IMG/VR virus record: IMGVR_UViG_2855946969_000005
Span: 1 to 64,000 of that record
Strand: one strand, 5' to 3'
Length of the DNA: 64,000 bases
Origin: a virus
Lineage: Duplodnaviria; Caudoviricetes
Shown here: piece by piece, positions 43,136-54,403 of the stretch
Position numbering within the stretch: position 1 is the stretch's first letter
Layout of the letters: each line of letters begins with the position of its first letter
Notes under the pieces: generated by a model
Database searches by the model: none
Told to the model about the DNA's origin: nothing
The model's input: the letters and a program-made list of their open reading frames with translations, nothing else
Translations under genes and position numbers: made by a program

Positions 43136-44554
43136 TTAGTTCCGGCCCCAGCGGGCGCGGTTGGCTGCGTTGATCTGGGCGGGGGTGCGGGCCTGGGCCG
43201 TGGTGCCGCCGCCTGCCGCGCTGTCCCGGATCGAGGAGAGGATCGAGCCGGTGGTCTCGGTCTTGGCGCGCTCGCTCGCGGCCACGAACAGGATGCGGGC
43301 GGCATCGCAGGTCATGTCGGCGAACTGGGTGCGACCGTCCGAGAACGGGGTGATGGCGGCGCGACCGGAATCGGTCTTCATCGCCGCGTCGAGCACCTTG
43401 CGCCGGAAGACGCAGAGGGTGTCCTTCGTCGCCTTGGCGTCGGCCTTGGCGTCGTAGGTCGGAAGCTTGATGCCGGGCGCGAGGATCTCAGCGCGGGCGA
43501 GGGTGTCGCGGAACAGCGGGGCGAGCCCAGCCGCGTCGGCGGTCTTCCCCTTGTCCTCGTCCTCCTCGGCGGCCTCGTCCTTGGTCTCGGACTCGGCCTT
43601 GTCCTCCTCGGACGCCTCGTCCTTGGTCTCGGCGCCCTCGCCCTCCTCCTCGGAGGCCTCGTCGGTCGCGCCGGCCTTGCCGTCCACGAGCTTCTGCAGG
43701 AGGGCCTCGATCGCGGCGAAGCGCGCCTCGCACTGAGCGCCCAGCGTAGCGACCGGGTCGTCGTCGCCGGTCTTCGTCTCGGCCTCGGCCGCGGCGGCCT
43801 CGCCCTTCTCCTCGGGGTCGGCGTCGGGCGTCTTCACCTCGATGACGACGCGCTGGGGCGCGGTCTCGCCGCTCTCCATCTCGGCCTGGGCGGCCTCGAT
43901 CTCCTCGTTGAAGGCGGCCTCGTCCTTGGCCTTGAACGCGGTGGTCAGGCGGTCCCAGACGGTCCGCTTCGACTTGGGCATCTTGTGGTCTCCGATGGCG
44001 CAGCGGGGTCCGCACCGGCCTTCCTCGACCAGCGCGACGTGGTTCCCGATGATGTTGGTCTGGCGGCCCCGGCCGGAGCCCGCTTGCTCGTACTCGGCGT
44101 CGTAGCCGCAGCTCACCTCGCGCTTGCCGGCGCGGACCGCCGCGATCGTATCGGCGCAGGTGATGACGAGGTCGGCCAGGAGCAGGTCAGCGTGATCGCC
44201 GACGCCCTGGCGGACGTTTCGGACGAAGCCGCGAGCGAAGCGGCTCCAGTTCGAAGGGGTGACATCGACGGGCGGGTGGTCGTCCGTGACCGGCTTGCCC
44301 TCAAAGGACGCCATGGTCTCGGGCCGGAACACCTCTGCGGCGTCGCGTTCGACGGTGATGATCCCGTCCGCGCCCGGCTCCAGCGGCAACTCGCCCGCGG
44401 CGTAGTGCATCTGGCCGGTGCGGGCGATGGGGACCGCCTCGCAGATCAGGAAGCCCTCGGGCGTGAGCGTCTGGCTTGGGCCGAGACGCGACGGGGCATA
44501 GAACGTCGCCCGCTGCGGATCAGCGTCCGCGCGGTCACGGGTCGGATGGGGCAC
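43136..44554 (-). CDS. prohead protease/scaffold (DUF2213-like)
   Basis: TPEGFL.C..VPIARTG, SFEGKPVT..HP, EVSCGY, NHVALV..GRCG, acidic scaffold tail. Confidence 0.9.
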   Translation of the reverse strand: MPHPTRDRADADPQRATFYAPSRLGPSQTLTPEGFLICEAVPIARTGQMHYAAGELPLEPGADGIITVERDAAEVFRPETMASFEGKPVTDDHPPVDVTPSNWSRFARGFVRNVRQGVGDHADLLLADLVITCADTIAAVRAGKREVSCGYDAEYEQAGSGRGRQTNIIGNHVALVEEGRCGPRCAIGDHKMPKSKRTVWDRLTTAFKAKDEAAFNEEIEAAQAEMESGETAPQRVVIEVKTPDADPEEKGEAAAAEAETKTGDDDPVATLGAQCEARFAAIEALLQKLVDGKAGATDEASEEEGEGAETKDEASEEDKAESETKDEAAEEDEDKGKTADAAGLAPLFRDTLARAEILAPGIKLPTYDAKADAKATKDTLCVFRRKVLDAAMKTDSGRAAITPFSDGRTQFADMTCDAARILFVAASERAKTETTGSILSSIRDSAAGGGTTAQARTPAQINAANRARWGRN

Positions 44555-44591
44555 GGGCAGGAGCCTCAGGCGAGAGGCCGGGCGGCGATCC

Positions 44592-45359
44592 TCAGTCGGG
44601 GATCACCACCTCGGAGTAGCACCGACAGTTGGGCAGGCAGCCCGCGTGACCGGTGAGCTTGTCGAGGGTGGGCGGGCTGTCCCAGCGGACGAACTTGCCC
44701 TCCATCGTACGGTGAGAGGGCCGAACGTCGCCGTCGCCCGAGGTGCGCCAGATGTAGCCCTCCGAGCCGACGTGCTCGGCCCGCGCCTGCGTCAGCGCAG
44801 AGGCGGTGCGCGAGACCTCGGTGCGGGCGATCAGCGTCGCGCGTGCTTCGGTCACCTCGCCGGTGCGCAGGATCTCGGCGGCGATCGCGTCGGCGCGCCG
44901 CCCCTGCACGATCCCCTCCTGCGTCAGGCGGTGAACCCGCTCGGCCGCCTCACGCGGAAGGGAGGTGATCAGCCCGACTTGGTCGGCGAGTTGTCGCCGC
45001 ATCACTGCGCCCGTGGGCGCCGTGGTGATCTCCTTGTGAAGCGCGCGGCCCATCTCGGCCGAGACATGCCGCCACGCCTGCGCGTCGCGCTGGGCCACCT
45101 CGGCGACCATGCGGGCCCCAACGGACTGCGCCCAGGGCTCGATCGCGTTGGCGTATCGGCGCAGAGCCTCGCCGAGCAGCGGCACGCGCTCAAGACCCGC
45201 AAGGTCGAAGCCGCGGACCAGCACGCCGATGTGACGGGCGAGCCCGCGCAACTGCCTGGCGTAGAGGTTCTCGGCCTTGCGCGCCCGGATGAACGCCGAG
45301 CGCGGAGAGGGCGGGGCGCGGTCGCCGACGCTAAGCCGCGAGCGACAGTGCTGGCACAT
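44592..45359 (-). CDS. minor head protein (Mu F/SPP1 gp7 family)
   Basis: RA.LIARTE, Y.WRT..D..VR.SH, G...NCRC. Confidence 0.85.
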   Translation of the reverse strand: MCQHCRSRLSVGDRAPPSPRSAFIRARKAENLYARQLRGLARHIGVLVRGFDLAGLERVPLLGEALRRYANAIEPWAQSVGARMVAEVAQRDAQAWRHVSAEMGRALHKEITTAPTGAVMRRQLADQVGLITSLPREAAERVHRLTQEGIVQGRRADAIAAEILRTGEVTEARATLIARTEVSRTASALTQARAEHVGSEGYIWRTSGDGDVRPSHRTMEGKFVRWDSPPTLDKLTGHAGCLPNCRCYSEVVIPD

Positions 45360-46791
45360 CGGGCCTGCCCTCGGGGGTTGTGGGCCCATCCGCGGGGTCC
45401 GCGACCGGGTCGAGTTCGCTCGGCAGCGGGATCGTGTCGTCGGCGGCCTCGATGTCGGCGTCGGTGATGTTCGACCACACGCCGGTCACATCGCTGGACT
45501 GCCGCAGTTCCTTCAGGGCCGTGCGGTCGGAGACGACGCCGGCCTCCTTGGCGCCGAGCACGGTGTCGGTCACCGTCTTGGCAACGTCCGCCTTCTCCTT
45601 GTCCGACATCTGCCACAGCGGCTCAAAGCTGAACTCAAAGCCCTCGGGGAGGGGGCGCCCCGTCTCGGAGCGTGCGAGCACGTCGAGGATACGCGCGAGC
45701 CCCGGCCGCAGGCGGCTCTCCTGCTGCGCATTGATCCCGTCGTAGTAGTTCCGGATGTCGCTCTCGCCGCTGGAGAACCCCGCGGGCGATTGCCCGAACA
45801 GGATCACGAGCGGGATGCCCGAGGCCATGGACAGTTGTTCGGCGAAGCGTGCCAGCACGTCGGGCAGGCCCGAGAACTGGTAGGTCAGCGCCTCGAACTT
45901 GTCCTTGGCATCAATGAGAGTGATGCCCTCGATCGACTGGAACCGCCGGATGGCCTCGACGCGCTTGGCGAGGACCTCCAGCGCCGGCCCGCCCATCCCG
46001 AGGATGTCAACGAGACCTTCGATCTGGAGGACGCGCAGGTGCGCGCGGTAGACAAGCTGCGCCGTGCCCTGCGTGGTGGAGTCGAAGGCCACCAGCCGGT
46101 CGTAGAGACGCTCGACCACCGAGGCCCCCCAGCCGTTCTCGGCCTGGGCCTGCCAGAAGGGGAGTTCGACGCCGTCGAAGCGGATCACCCGGGAGTAGTG
46201 GACGTAGCGACCCGAGAGCGCGGGCGCGTTGGCGTTGGGGATGTAGTATTTCGGCTGCCCGAGATCGGGGCCGAGCTCCTGCACGGTCTCGGTGAGTGTC
46301 GGCTGCACCATCCACCGGTCGAGGACGAGGATGCCCTTGAACTGGCCGGGGCCCACGGTCTCAGGGCGTAGCGGTGTCGCCGGGTGCTGGCCGTCGATCA
46401 GGAGCACCCCGATCGCGCCGCCGTAGAGGCGCGACCACTTCAGCGTGCTCTCGATCGCTTTCCACACCCCGCGGCGCTGCAGGCCGGCCTTGATCGCCTC
46501 GCCGTCGTCGGGCGGCAGGGTCGAGCCGAGGTCGATGCCGGCGCGCACCATATCCTCGGCAGGCGTGTCAACGATCCGGCCGACGATGGCCGATCCGCGA
46601 TACATCCACTCGAGCTGCAGGCGGTTCCGGGTGACCGGGTTGAAGCCGTACTGCGAGGCTGAGGCGAGGTTGTCCGTCCCGATGCCGATCCGGGCCTCAA
46701 AGTTCTGGTAGCTGTCCAAGGTGCTGAGGCGGTCGGCGGTCGGCGCGGACCCGGCCGGCACGCGCAGGCGCGGCTTCTCGGAGGTGCTCAT
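45331..46791 (-). CDS. portal protein (DUF1073-like)
   Basis: IVD.PAEDM.R, W.RLYGG, H.SRVIRF.G, IPL..LFGQSP.GF..GESD..NYYD. Confidence 0.9.
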   Translation of the reverse strand: MSTSEKPRLRVPAGSAPTADRLSTLDSYQNFEARIGIGTDNLASASQYGFNPVTRNRLQLEWMYRGSAIVGRIVDTPAEDMVRAGIDLGSTLPPDDGEAIKAGLQRRGVWKAIESTLKWSRLYGGAIGVLLIDGQHPATPLRPETVGPGQFKGILVLDRWMVQPTLTETVQELGPDLGQPKYYIPNANAPALSGRYVHYSRVIRFDGVELPFWQAQAENGWGASVVERLYDRLVAFDSTTQGTAQLVYRAHLRVLQIEGLVDILGMGGPALEVLAKRVEAIRRFQSIEGITLIDAKDKFEALTYQFSGLPDVLARFAEQLSMASGIPLVILFGQSPAGFSSGESDIRNYYDGINAQQESRLRPGLARILDVLARSETGRPLPEGFEFSFEPLWQMSDKEKADVAKTVTDTVLGAKEAGVVSDRTALKELRQSSDVTGVWSNITDADIEAADDTIPLPSELDPVADPADGPTTPEGRPDVPALSLAA

Positions 46792-48329
46792 CAGCCGAAC
46801 GCTCTCATCATCTGCTCGGCAGCCGAGCCGGCCCCGCCCACCATCTCGTTGACTGCGTCCATGGTCGGATCAACTTGGTCGTCGTGCGCGCCGTTCGGGA
46901 AGGCGAGCATCTCGCCCCGCCAACCCGCGATCCAAGCCGTCTCGGGCCCCTCGGCGGGGATCCGGACGAGCCCGGCCGCGAAGGACGGCAGCGCGTCGTT
47001 GGCGCGCATCACCTTGTCCTTCTCGCGCGGGATGCCGACCACCGGCACCACGACCTGAGCCATGGCAGGATCAACGGGCAGCCGCCCGAGTGACTGGATC
47101 AGGCCTGTGCCGGAGGATTTGTCCTCGATCTTCATGGCGCGTAGGGCGCCGAAGATGGTGTGATCCGCCGCGCGGTGTTTAGCCCAGAAGAGCCGGGCGG
47201 TCTTTTCCAGATCCGGCGCCTCAAAGCGCCCGCGGATCTGGTCCAGCAGGTATGCTTTGCCGTCCTTGCCCATGCCCCAGCACTGGAACACGGAGTAGTC
47301 GTTCCGCTCGGAGGTCTTCTGCGCCGTGTCGACGTAGATCACCCGGTAAGCGAGGGGCGGCAGCACGGTGTAGGGCGTGAGCCACTCCGCCTTGAACAGG
47401 TTGCCGCCCGCGACGGTGGGCACCTGCCCATACTGGCCCGCGAAGACGTAGGGATTCGTCTTCAGGAGGACGATCTGCTCGCCGGTGTGCTTGGCCGCCC
47501 AGAGGGGGCCGTCCGGCAGACCATGCGGGATCGGGTCGCCGTGGGTGTACTCGGCCGGGTAGAGGGCCGCGTTGTCGATCTCGACGGGCAGGAGCAAGTG
47601 GTGCCAGCGGCAGCCCGCGCCGCCCTTCAGGAGGAAGCCCGAGAAATCGTCCACATGCAGGCGCTGCATGATGACGATGACGGGCACATCCTCGTGCGCG
47701 AGGCGGCTCTTGAAGGTCGAGTGCCAGCGGTTGTTGACCTTGGTCCGCTCGATCTCGCTCTCGGCATCGTCGGGTTTGACCGGGTCGTCGATGATGAGGG
47801 CGCCAGTGAAGCCCGGCTCCATACGGCCCGCGCGGAAGCCCGTGATCGGGCCCGCCGCGTGGGAGGCCTTCATCCCGCCGCCCTCGGTCGTGCGCCAGAG
47901 TTCCTTGGCGGCTACGTCGTCACGAATTTTGACCGGCCAGTGCTCTTGGTAGCCCTCCAGGGCCACGACGTCTCGCACCGAGTTCGAATTGAACAGGGCG
48001 AGCGGGCCGTTGAACGAGGCGTGGATGAAGCGTGCGCGAGGGTTCCAGGCCAGACCGCGGGCCACGAAGTGGACCACCGCCATCTCGGTCTTGGTGTAGC
48101 CCGGCGGGATGTTGATGATCAGGCGCGGGATCTCGCCCCGGATGACCCGGTCGAGGGTATCGGCGATCACGCGATGATGGGCGCCGACCAAGAACTCGGC
48201 CTGCTCTTTCTCGCGGAAGAACTTCGCGGTGAACCGAAGCTGGCTCTCCAGGCAGTCGACCCGGTCAAGCTCCTTCAGTGTCGCCCGCGGATCCGCCAGC
48301 CAGTTGCTCAAGCGCTGCTCGAAGCCCAT
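46791..48329 (-). CDS. terL: terminase large subunit
   Basis: LIINIPPGYTKT, IIDDP.K, IMQRLH.DD, DTA.K...NDYS, FPNGAHDDQVD. Confidence 0.93.
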   Translation of the reverse strand: MGFEQRLSNWLADPRATLKELDRVDCLESQLRFTAKFFREKEQAEFLVGAHHRVIADTLDRVIRGEIPRLIINIPPGYTKTEMAVVHFVARGLAWNPRARFIHASFNGPLALFNSNSVRDVVALEGYQEHWPVKIRDDVAAKELWRTTEGGGMKASHAAGPITGFRAGRMEPGFTGALIIDDPVKPDDAESEIERTKVNNRWHSTFKSRLAHEDVPVIVIMQRLHVDDFSGFLLKGGAGCRWHHLLLPVEIDNAALYPAEYTHGDPIPHGLPDGPLWAAKHTGEQIVLLKTNPYVFAGQYGQVPTVAGGNLFKAEWLTPYTVLPPLAYRVIYVDTAQKTSERNDYSVFQCWGMGKDGKAYLLDQIRGRFEAPDLEKTARLFWAKHRAADHTIFGALRAMKIEDKSSGTGLIQSLGRLPVDPAMAQVVVPVVGIPREKDKVMRANDALPSFAAGLVRIPAEGPETAWIAGWRGEMLAFPNGAHDDQVDPTMDAVNEMVGGAGSAAEQMMRAFG

Positions 48330-48795
48330 CCCGGCCTGCCTGGTCCAGGCCCGAGAGGTCGGGCTTCACGACGGTCTCGGATTGGATCGGGCCACCGCCA
48401 AGGCCGCCGATCTCCCGCTTGTTGGTGAAGGCGCCGCCCGACTCCTTGGCTGCCTGCTCCATGAGCGAGGCCACGAGGACGAGGTTGCCGGATTTCTCGG
48501 CCTTCTCGGCGAGGCGCTGCAGCGTGCGCAGACGAACCGCGCGGTGCGAGACGCCGATCCGGGCGGTGTCGGTGAGGAACTCGGTGCGGGTCGATTCGAA
48601 GATCGCCCGGTAGCCCTCGGAGAGGAACCGGCCGGCCCGCTTCGTCGGATCGTAGGCCTCGACCTGCTGAGGCGTGACGGCCAAGCCGTCGAACTCTTCC
48701 TTCACGGCACGCACGACGGCCGAGGGCGGATCGAAGCACGCAAGCTGCTGGACGATGAAGGTTTTCACCTCATCGGAGAGCGTGTTCTGGGCCAT
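48265..48795 (-). CDS. terS: terminase small subunit (DUF2280-like)
   Basis: VK.FIVQ.LACFD.PS.V, YDPTK, EQAAKE.GGAFTN. Confidence 0.85.
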   Translation of the reverse strand: MAQNTLSDEVKTFIVQQLACFDPPSAVVRAVKEEFDGLAVTPQQVEAYDPTKRAGRFLSEGYRAIFESTRTEFLTDTARIGVSHRAVRLRTLQRLAEKAEKSGNLVLVASLMEQAAKESGGAFTNKREIGGLGGGPIQSETVVKPDLSGLDQAGRDGLRAALEQLAGGSAGDTEGA

Positions 48796-48820
48796 GGCTG
48801 TCTCAAGGGGCTATCAAGGA

Positions 48821-49462
48821 TCAGCCCACTCCTCTCCCGCACGTCCCGCAGGCGCCGGCGATGTCGGCCTCACAGATGATCGGTGTACGGCCAGCGGCAG
48901 CCACGAGGGCGGCGGTCTGACCGGCGGCGTTGCCCACCCCGTAGCGGGAGACGACGCCGACGAACTCCTCAACGTCATGGCCTCGTATGCCGAAGACGGG
49001 CCGGCCGGTCTGGGCGTTGAAGCGCGGCGCGCCCCAGCGGTCCCGCTTCTGGCCAGCGTGGTAGAGTTCGTGCTCGACCAGGGCGCAGAAGGCAGCGTCG
49101 GAACACTGGTCGGCGTAGGCAGCGTCGAAGGTGAGCAGGAAGTCGGGGATGGTGCCGAACCACCCGGTGATCTGCTGCTCCCATCGGGCCTTCGCCCAGC
49201 GGTTACCGATGAAGGTGGCCTCCTCGCAGAGGCCGACGACGGTGTTGCCCTTGCTCTCCATGGGCTCGGAGCACCAGAGCAGGCCGAGGGTCGCGTCACG
49301 CAGGTGCGCGTGATCCTCGTTCAGCAGTCGCGCGTCCTCCGCGATGAAGGTGGCGCGGGCCCAGGCCTCCAGATCGTGTGCGGGCTCCACCGTGCGGAAG
49401 GCGGTGGCGGCATCCTGCTCCATGAGGAGCGAGGCGGGCGGGCGCGGGCGGGCTAGTTCCAT
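48821..49462 (-). CDS. putative phage metallopeptidase
   Basis: LVEHELYH and HDVEEF.GVV.RYG. Confidence 0.8.
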   Translation of the reverse strand: MELARPRPPASLLMEQDAATAFRTVEPAHDLEAWARATFIAEDARLLNEDHAHLRDATLGLLWCSEPMESKGNTVVGLCEEATFIGNRWAKARWEQQITGWFGTIPDFLLTFDAAYADQCSDAAFCALVEHELYHAGQKRDRWGAPRFNAQTGRPVFGIRGHDVEEFVGVVSRYGVGNAAGQTAALVAAAGRTPIICEADIAGACGTCGRGVG

Positions 49463-49587
49463 CGCCCCACCCTAGGGAGAAGACCATCGCGGGCGGGAGA
49501 AGTCTTCTCCCCGCCTGTTGCATCATGTGGAGAAGTCATGCGTTATGGACACGATCTGTTCCGCACCTGCAACACAGTGATGCGCCG

Positions 49588-50091
49588 ATGCTCGACAGCA
49601 GCTCCAGCCGGTTCGACTTCTCCGAGCCGTACGCACCCACCTCGTCCGAGGACGAGACCCGCTCCGATTACTCGGCGGCGATCTCGCGCGCTGCGCCGGC
49701 TCTCCCCGCCTCGCTGGATCCAGAGGCGATCAGCGCGGCGCTGTCGGCAGCGTTCGCGGCAGGGGTGCGGGCAGCGGCCGAGCGGGCGGCCTCTCGTCAG
49801 AAGGTCCGGGGCGACCAGCCGAAGTACCAGATCATCGCCGACCTCCTGCAGCGTGAGCAGGGCTGCATGGCCTGGGAGATCCGGGAGGCGACGGGCTGGA
49901 CGACGTTCTCGATCCCCCGCTGGGCGGAGGCCGCCGGTCTCGTGCTGCACAAGGTCCGGATCGCCGGGAACACCTTCCGGTTCTTCGGCATCCCACGGGA
50001 GATGGCCGAGACCATGGACTATGAGGTGATCGGGCCGCCGAAGGACATGCGGATCGTGTTCCGGCCGAAGGCGGTGCGGTTGCAGGCCTAG
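49588..50091 (+). CDS. winged-HTH-like hypothetical protein
   Basis: K.QIIADLLQR.QG....EI.EATGW. Start uncertain. Confidence 0.5.
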   Translation: MLDSSSSRFDFSEPYAPTSSEDETRSDYSAAISRAAPALPASLDPEAISAALSAAFAAGVRAAAERAASRQKVRGDQPKYQIIADLLQREQGCMAWEIREATGWTTFSIPRWAEAAGLVLHKVRIAGNTFRFFGIPREMAETMDYEVIGPPKDMRIVFRPKAVRLQA

Positions 50092-50843
50092 GCCGCGAGC
50101 GCCAGAAGAGGCTCGGGCTCGGCCTGGGCGAGACGCCGCGCCGCGATGGCGTGGTGCGCCGGCGCCTTCTCGATCAGGATCGAGCGGCGACCGAGGGCGC
50201 GGCAGGCAATACCGGTGGTGCCGGTCCCCGCGCAGGAATCCAAGACGAGATCGCCGGGGCGGGTATAGGTCGCCACGAGGTAGCGCATCAGCTCCTCGGG
50301 TTTTTGGCTGGATAGTAGCCGCCCTTCCGCGCCGCGCCGATCCGCCTTGATGGTGATCAGGTCGCGGGGATAGCGCAGGCCGTCCGAGCAGTCGGTCGTG
50401 GCGGGACGCTGGAACTTGTAGACGTTGCCGTCCGCCTTCGTCGCCTTCCGGTACGGCTCACCCTGAACCATCTGCGGGTTGTAGGTGTGCGGGCCCGGCG
50501 CGAAGACGAGGACGTCCTCCGTCACGCGCAGCGGCTGGCGCTTCGCGTTGAGGTGCCCCGACATCCGGTTCACCTTGTCCCAGGTCCAGCGGTAGCGGAA
50601 CCAGTCGAGGTTCGAGACCGTGAGGAGGGCCGAGAACACGCCCGAGGCGGTGAGCACCACCACCCCGTTCGGCGCCAGCACGTGGCGGTAGGCCGCCCAG
50701 AGCGCGTCGAAGGGGATGATCTGGTCCCAGGCGCACCGCGTGGACCCGTAGGGCAGATCGGCGATGATCGCGTCGACCGAGCCGGCGGGCAGGGTCGGGA
50801 TCACCGAGAGGCAGTCGCCCAGGATCAGGGTTGGGTCCGGCAT
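50088..50843 (-). CDS. N4/N6 DNA methyltransferase
   Basis: GDCL, DLPYG, QKP.EL..YL..TYT..GD.VLD..AG.GTT. Confidence 0.9.
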   Translation of the reverse strand: MPDPTLILGDCLSVIPTLPAGSVDAIIADLPYGSTRCAWDQIIPFDALWAAYRHVLAPNGVVVLTASGVFSALLTVSNLDWFRYRWTWDKVNRMSGHLNAKRQPLRVTEDVLVFAPGPHTYNPQMVQGEPYRKATKADGNVYKFQRPATTDCSDGLRYPRDLITIKADRRGAEGRLLSSQKPEELMRYLVATYTRPGDLVLDSCAGTGTTGIACRALGRRSILIEKAPAHHAIAARRLAQAEPEPLLALAA

Positions 50844-50854
50844 GCGGGCTCGCG

Positions 50855-53849
50855 TCAGCGGCCCAGCGGCCGGTCGGTGTCGATGAGGACAGTCTGGCCG
50901 GTGATCGGGTTGAGGATGGCGATCTTCGCCATGGCTCAACGCTTCCGGTAGCGGCCAGCAGCGTTGCGCGCTGGCGGCGCGTAGGCGCAGCCGGACGGCG
51001 GCAGTTCGCGGCACGGCATGACGAGCACCCAGATCAGTCCGGCGACGAGCCCGGCAGCGAGGACCGCGAAGAGGTCCGGGTGTGTGAGGAGCGCGTCGCG
51101 CGCCGCCTCGCGGAGGCCAGGGCCGATTGCGGCGCCCAAGCTGCCCGCAAGGGTCGCGGCGAGAACGGAACGGAGCATCATGGCCTCTCGGGATCGGCGG
51201 CGGGCGCCGGCTCCTCCGGCCAGGGTGCGCGGTAGGGTTCAAGCCAGCCCGTCGACCAAGCGGCGATGCCGACGGCGTAGGACAGCCAGAGCTCCACCAT
51301 GCGGTCGATGAGATCGGGGCGTGGGCCGAGCGTCACGCGTAGAGGTCCGAGGCATCGATCGGCGGCCCGGCGGCCTCAGCAGCGCGGGCCCGGATCGCCG
51401 GGTCGGCCTGCCAGCCGTTCGCCGCGGCGAGCTCCACGTAGTCCCGGCTCGAGACGTAGCCGGCATCGCAGAGCGCGCGCACGGTGGTCTGGTCGAGCGT
51501 GACGAGTACGACCGGAGCGGGCGCGCCGTAGCCGTCGAACGGGTCAGCGTGCCGCATGGTCCTGTCCCTTCCGGCGTTCGCAGGCGATCTTGAGATACCG
51601 ACCCTCGCCCGGATGGCCGAAGGTCTCGGCGGCGAGCGTCTGGCCGACATGGGCGCACTCGGCGACGGTCGCGACCGGCTGGGTCATGACGTCGAGCGCA
51701 TTGGTGCGGTCGCAGTCTGGGCCGGCGATGGACGCGGCGCAGACGAGGATGACGGCGAGGGCCTGGGACATCACGCGCTCCGGAGACCGTAGACGGGGAC
51801 GCAGCGCGCCCGCACCGTCCACGCGCCGGCCGGAAGGCCGATACGGGCGAGCATCGCGGGCTCGGCGAATTGCTGCATGGCCTCGGCCCGGGTCTGGCAG
51901 GCGTAGCGCTGCCCCCAGGTCCGGGGGGAGGGCGGGAGCGCGACACAGCCCGCGGGCCGGCAGGCCTCGGCGAGGATCTGGAAACCGGTGACGACGCGGG
52001 CGTCCTGCGCGTGCCCGGCGCCGATGGCGGCCAGGAGCACGGCGGAGGCGACGGCGACGTAGAGCACGGCCACCCGCCAGCCGAGCGGGAAGCGGACGGC
52101 GGCGCGGTTCATGGTGGGGCTCGCGGATCAGGGATCCCCTCCCCCCTCAGCGGGGGAGGGTGGTCGGCTCACTCGGCCGCGTAGCGCAGCACCACCCGCT
52201 CGGCCGCGCCGACGCGGAAGGGCAGGTAGAACGAGGGCGGCTCGTAGCCGGTGAGGTGCGTACCGGGTGGCAGCGCGTAGACACCGGGCGGGATTTCGCC
52301 CTCGTCGTCCGTCACCACGGCGGTGAGACCGGCGGAGGCTCCGGGGCCGAACACGCCGCAGAGGTAGGCGATCAGGCAGGCGAGCCCGAGAACGGCGGCG
52401 ACGCCGATGGCGATGGCGGCGTCCATCAGCGCCGTCCCGGCTTCACGCGCGGGGCGAAGCGGCCACCACGACCGCCCTGCACCCGCGTCTCGCCCGCCGC
52501 GTACCCGTCCGCGTAGGACTCCCGGCAGACTGTGTCGGCGAGCGGGACATGGGCCGTGAGGCCGCGTTCCTTGCGCCAGCGGCCAAGGGCGAACGAGGGA
52601 CCGTGCATGGGGGATCAGACCGGATAGGAGCGGGCGGGCCGGCCGGGCTGAAGCACGGGCGGGGCGGGCAGAATCAGGGGCAGCGCCGGGCGCGCCGCGG
52701 CGAGCGCGACGGCGGCGGAGAGAGCGAGGGCGACGCGGAGCATCAGGCTGCCATCCGGACCGCAGCGGGCGTGCCGCCCAGATCGTCGGTCGGCAGGCCA
52801 TGGGGCGGTGCGACGCCGACGTCCCACTGGTCGTGCGGCAGGTGCTCGGCGGCGAAGGCGCAGGCCTTCTCGGGCGAGCCGAATTTCTCGGCCCGGGCGA
52901 TGTCCTTCGTCCAGGTGAAGGGGCGCCAGCCCTTCGCGCGGGAGCCCTCGGCGTCAGGCCGCGCGAGGTAGCGCCGGAGCCGGCCGGACCCGAAGCAGAC
53001 GACGTAGCGCATGGGTTCGGTGCTCTCGGAATCGATGGATCTGCGCGCGCTCGCGCCGCTCCTCCGCCTCGACCCACGCCAGGGCATCACGCACCGGGGA
53101 TCGAGAGGCGGCGAGACGAAGGTCGCCTTCCGAGAGCCGGAGGTCAGGCTCTCGGGCATCGGCGTCGGCGAGGACGCGGTCGGTGGAGGTCATGCCGTGA
53201 GCAGGCCCACGTCCCGGAGGAAGGCCGCCACGTCGAACAACTCGGGAGCGAGTTCCATGACGAAGGCGCGCTTCGTCGGGGCGTCCATGCCCAGCACGTC
53301 GCCGTAGCTGAAGCCGTAGGACATCAGGAACAGCGTGAGGCGAACCTCGGGCGGCGTCGGGCCCGCGGCGGGCGCACGGAGCGGTGCGGGCTCGGCCGGC
53401 GCTTGCCCCCAGGGGCTCGTGCGCGCGGCGGCCGCGTCCCGCTTCGGGCAGACGATGCCCTTGCACCACCCCGGTGCGTCGTACCCGCAGCGCCGGCAGG
53501 CGGTGCCCGCGGTCGGCTTCGGCTCGGGCGCCGGCTCGCGCCGCGGCACGCGCGGCTCGGCCATCGTGCCGAGGATCGACATGGACGTCATGTTCCGCCG
53601 CTGCACCATGATCGGTTCGCGGAAGACCGGGATGTCGTCGGGCCGGCCGCGCATCAGCAGCGCCTCGTCCGCCTCGGTCGGCGCGACCAGCACATGCGTG
53701 GAGGCCATCGCATCGACGCCGTGCATCGACGTGCGCAGGTCCCGCACGAGACAGGCATCCGCCTTGTCCATCACGAAGACGACCACGCTGGTGCGCGGCA
53801 GGGACGCGACGAAGGCCGCCGTTTCGGCGACGCGATGCGGCTCAATCAT
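50855..53849 (-). other. string of about ten small overlapping phage hypothetical genes
   Basis: Coupled short ORFs, for example 50936-51181, 51333-51557, 51544-51771, 51771-52112, 52169-52426, 52426-52608, 52743-53032 and 53190-53849. Confidence 0.5.
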
Positions 53850-53985
53850 GTTGGAGGTCCGGTCAGGGTTAGGGCGAGCCGCACAGGCGGTCGCGGGCCG
53901 GGCGCGGGATGCGTCGGGCCGGGCGCGCGGCGGGAGCCGGCGCAGTCAGAGCTTCAGGGGATCACAGGATCCGGTGAGCTGTAGG

Positions 53986-54112
53986 GGTCGAAGGCGGGCC
54001 GGGCTCGACACCGGCTCAGAGTATTCGGCTTTACAGGTTCGCCATGTCTCTGCCGCCCACTGAGTAGGCCCTGCCTTGGCTGGCGCGTCCTTCCGCGCCG
54101 CCGCCTTCGACC
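53986..54112 (-). ncRNA. structured RNA with tRNA-like outer arms, copy 1
   Basis: Minus strand GGTCGAAGGCGG...CCGCCTTCGACC closing stem, GCGCGGAAGGACGCGC hairpin, and GCCGG-TGTCGAGC-CCGGC T-arm-like hairpin. Confidence 0.5.
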
Positions 54113-54120
54113 GCTACCGC

Positions 54121-54381
54121 CTATGCCGCGAGCGCGAGGCCGCGGAGTGGTTCGAACTCCATCACCGGGAGAACGATGGTGGCCACCTCCCCGCGCGGCG
54201 GCGGGTTCTTCTGTATAGCGTCGAGCGCCGCCTTGATCGACGCGATCTCGCCGGGGCCCGTGCCGACTCTGTAGAGGGTCGGACCGGTCCAGACCTGAGG
54301 CCGGATCACCGGAAGCCCGACAGCCGCCGCGCCCGCGGTTGCGAACACGCTTCCGAGGAAGGATCGGCGGCTCAGGCGCAT
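54121..54381 (-). CDS. small twin-arginine-like protein
   Basis: MRLSRRSFLGSVFATAGAAA. Confidence 0.45.
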   Translation of the reverse strand: MRLSRRSFLGSVFATAGAAAVGLPVIRPQVWTGPTLYRVGTGPGEIASIKAALDAIQKNPPPRGEVATIVLPVMEFEPLRGLALAA

Positions 54382-54403
54382 CGGGCTCGTCTCCACATGG
54401 CCA

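Noticed and set aside
37555-44656. Long + strand ORFs opposite structural genes (for example 37555-39231 and 42860-44656; also 1037-2731 and 59342-61027)
   Set aside because: Antisense shadows of high-GC genes, with Arg/Gly/Ala-biased translations.
53986-54112. Canonical tRNA gene
   Set aside because: 127 nt with no proper D or anticodon arms, no TTC T-loop and no CCA end. Kept only as a structured RNA candidate.
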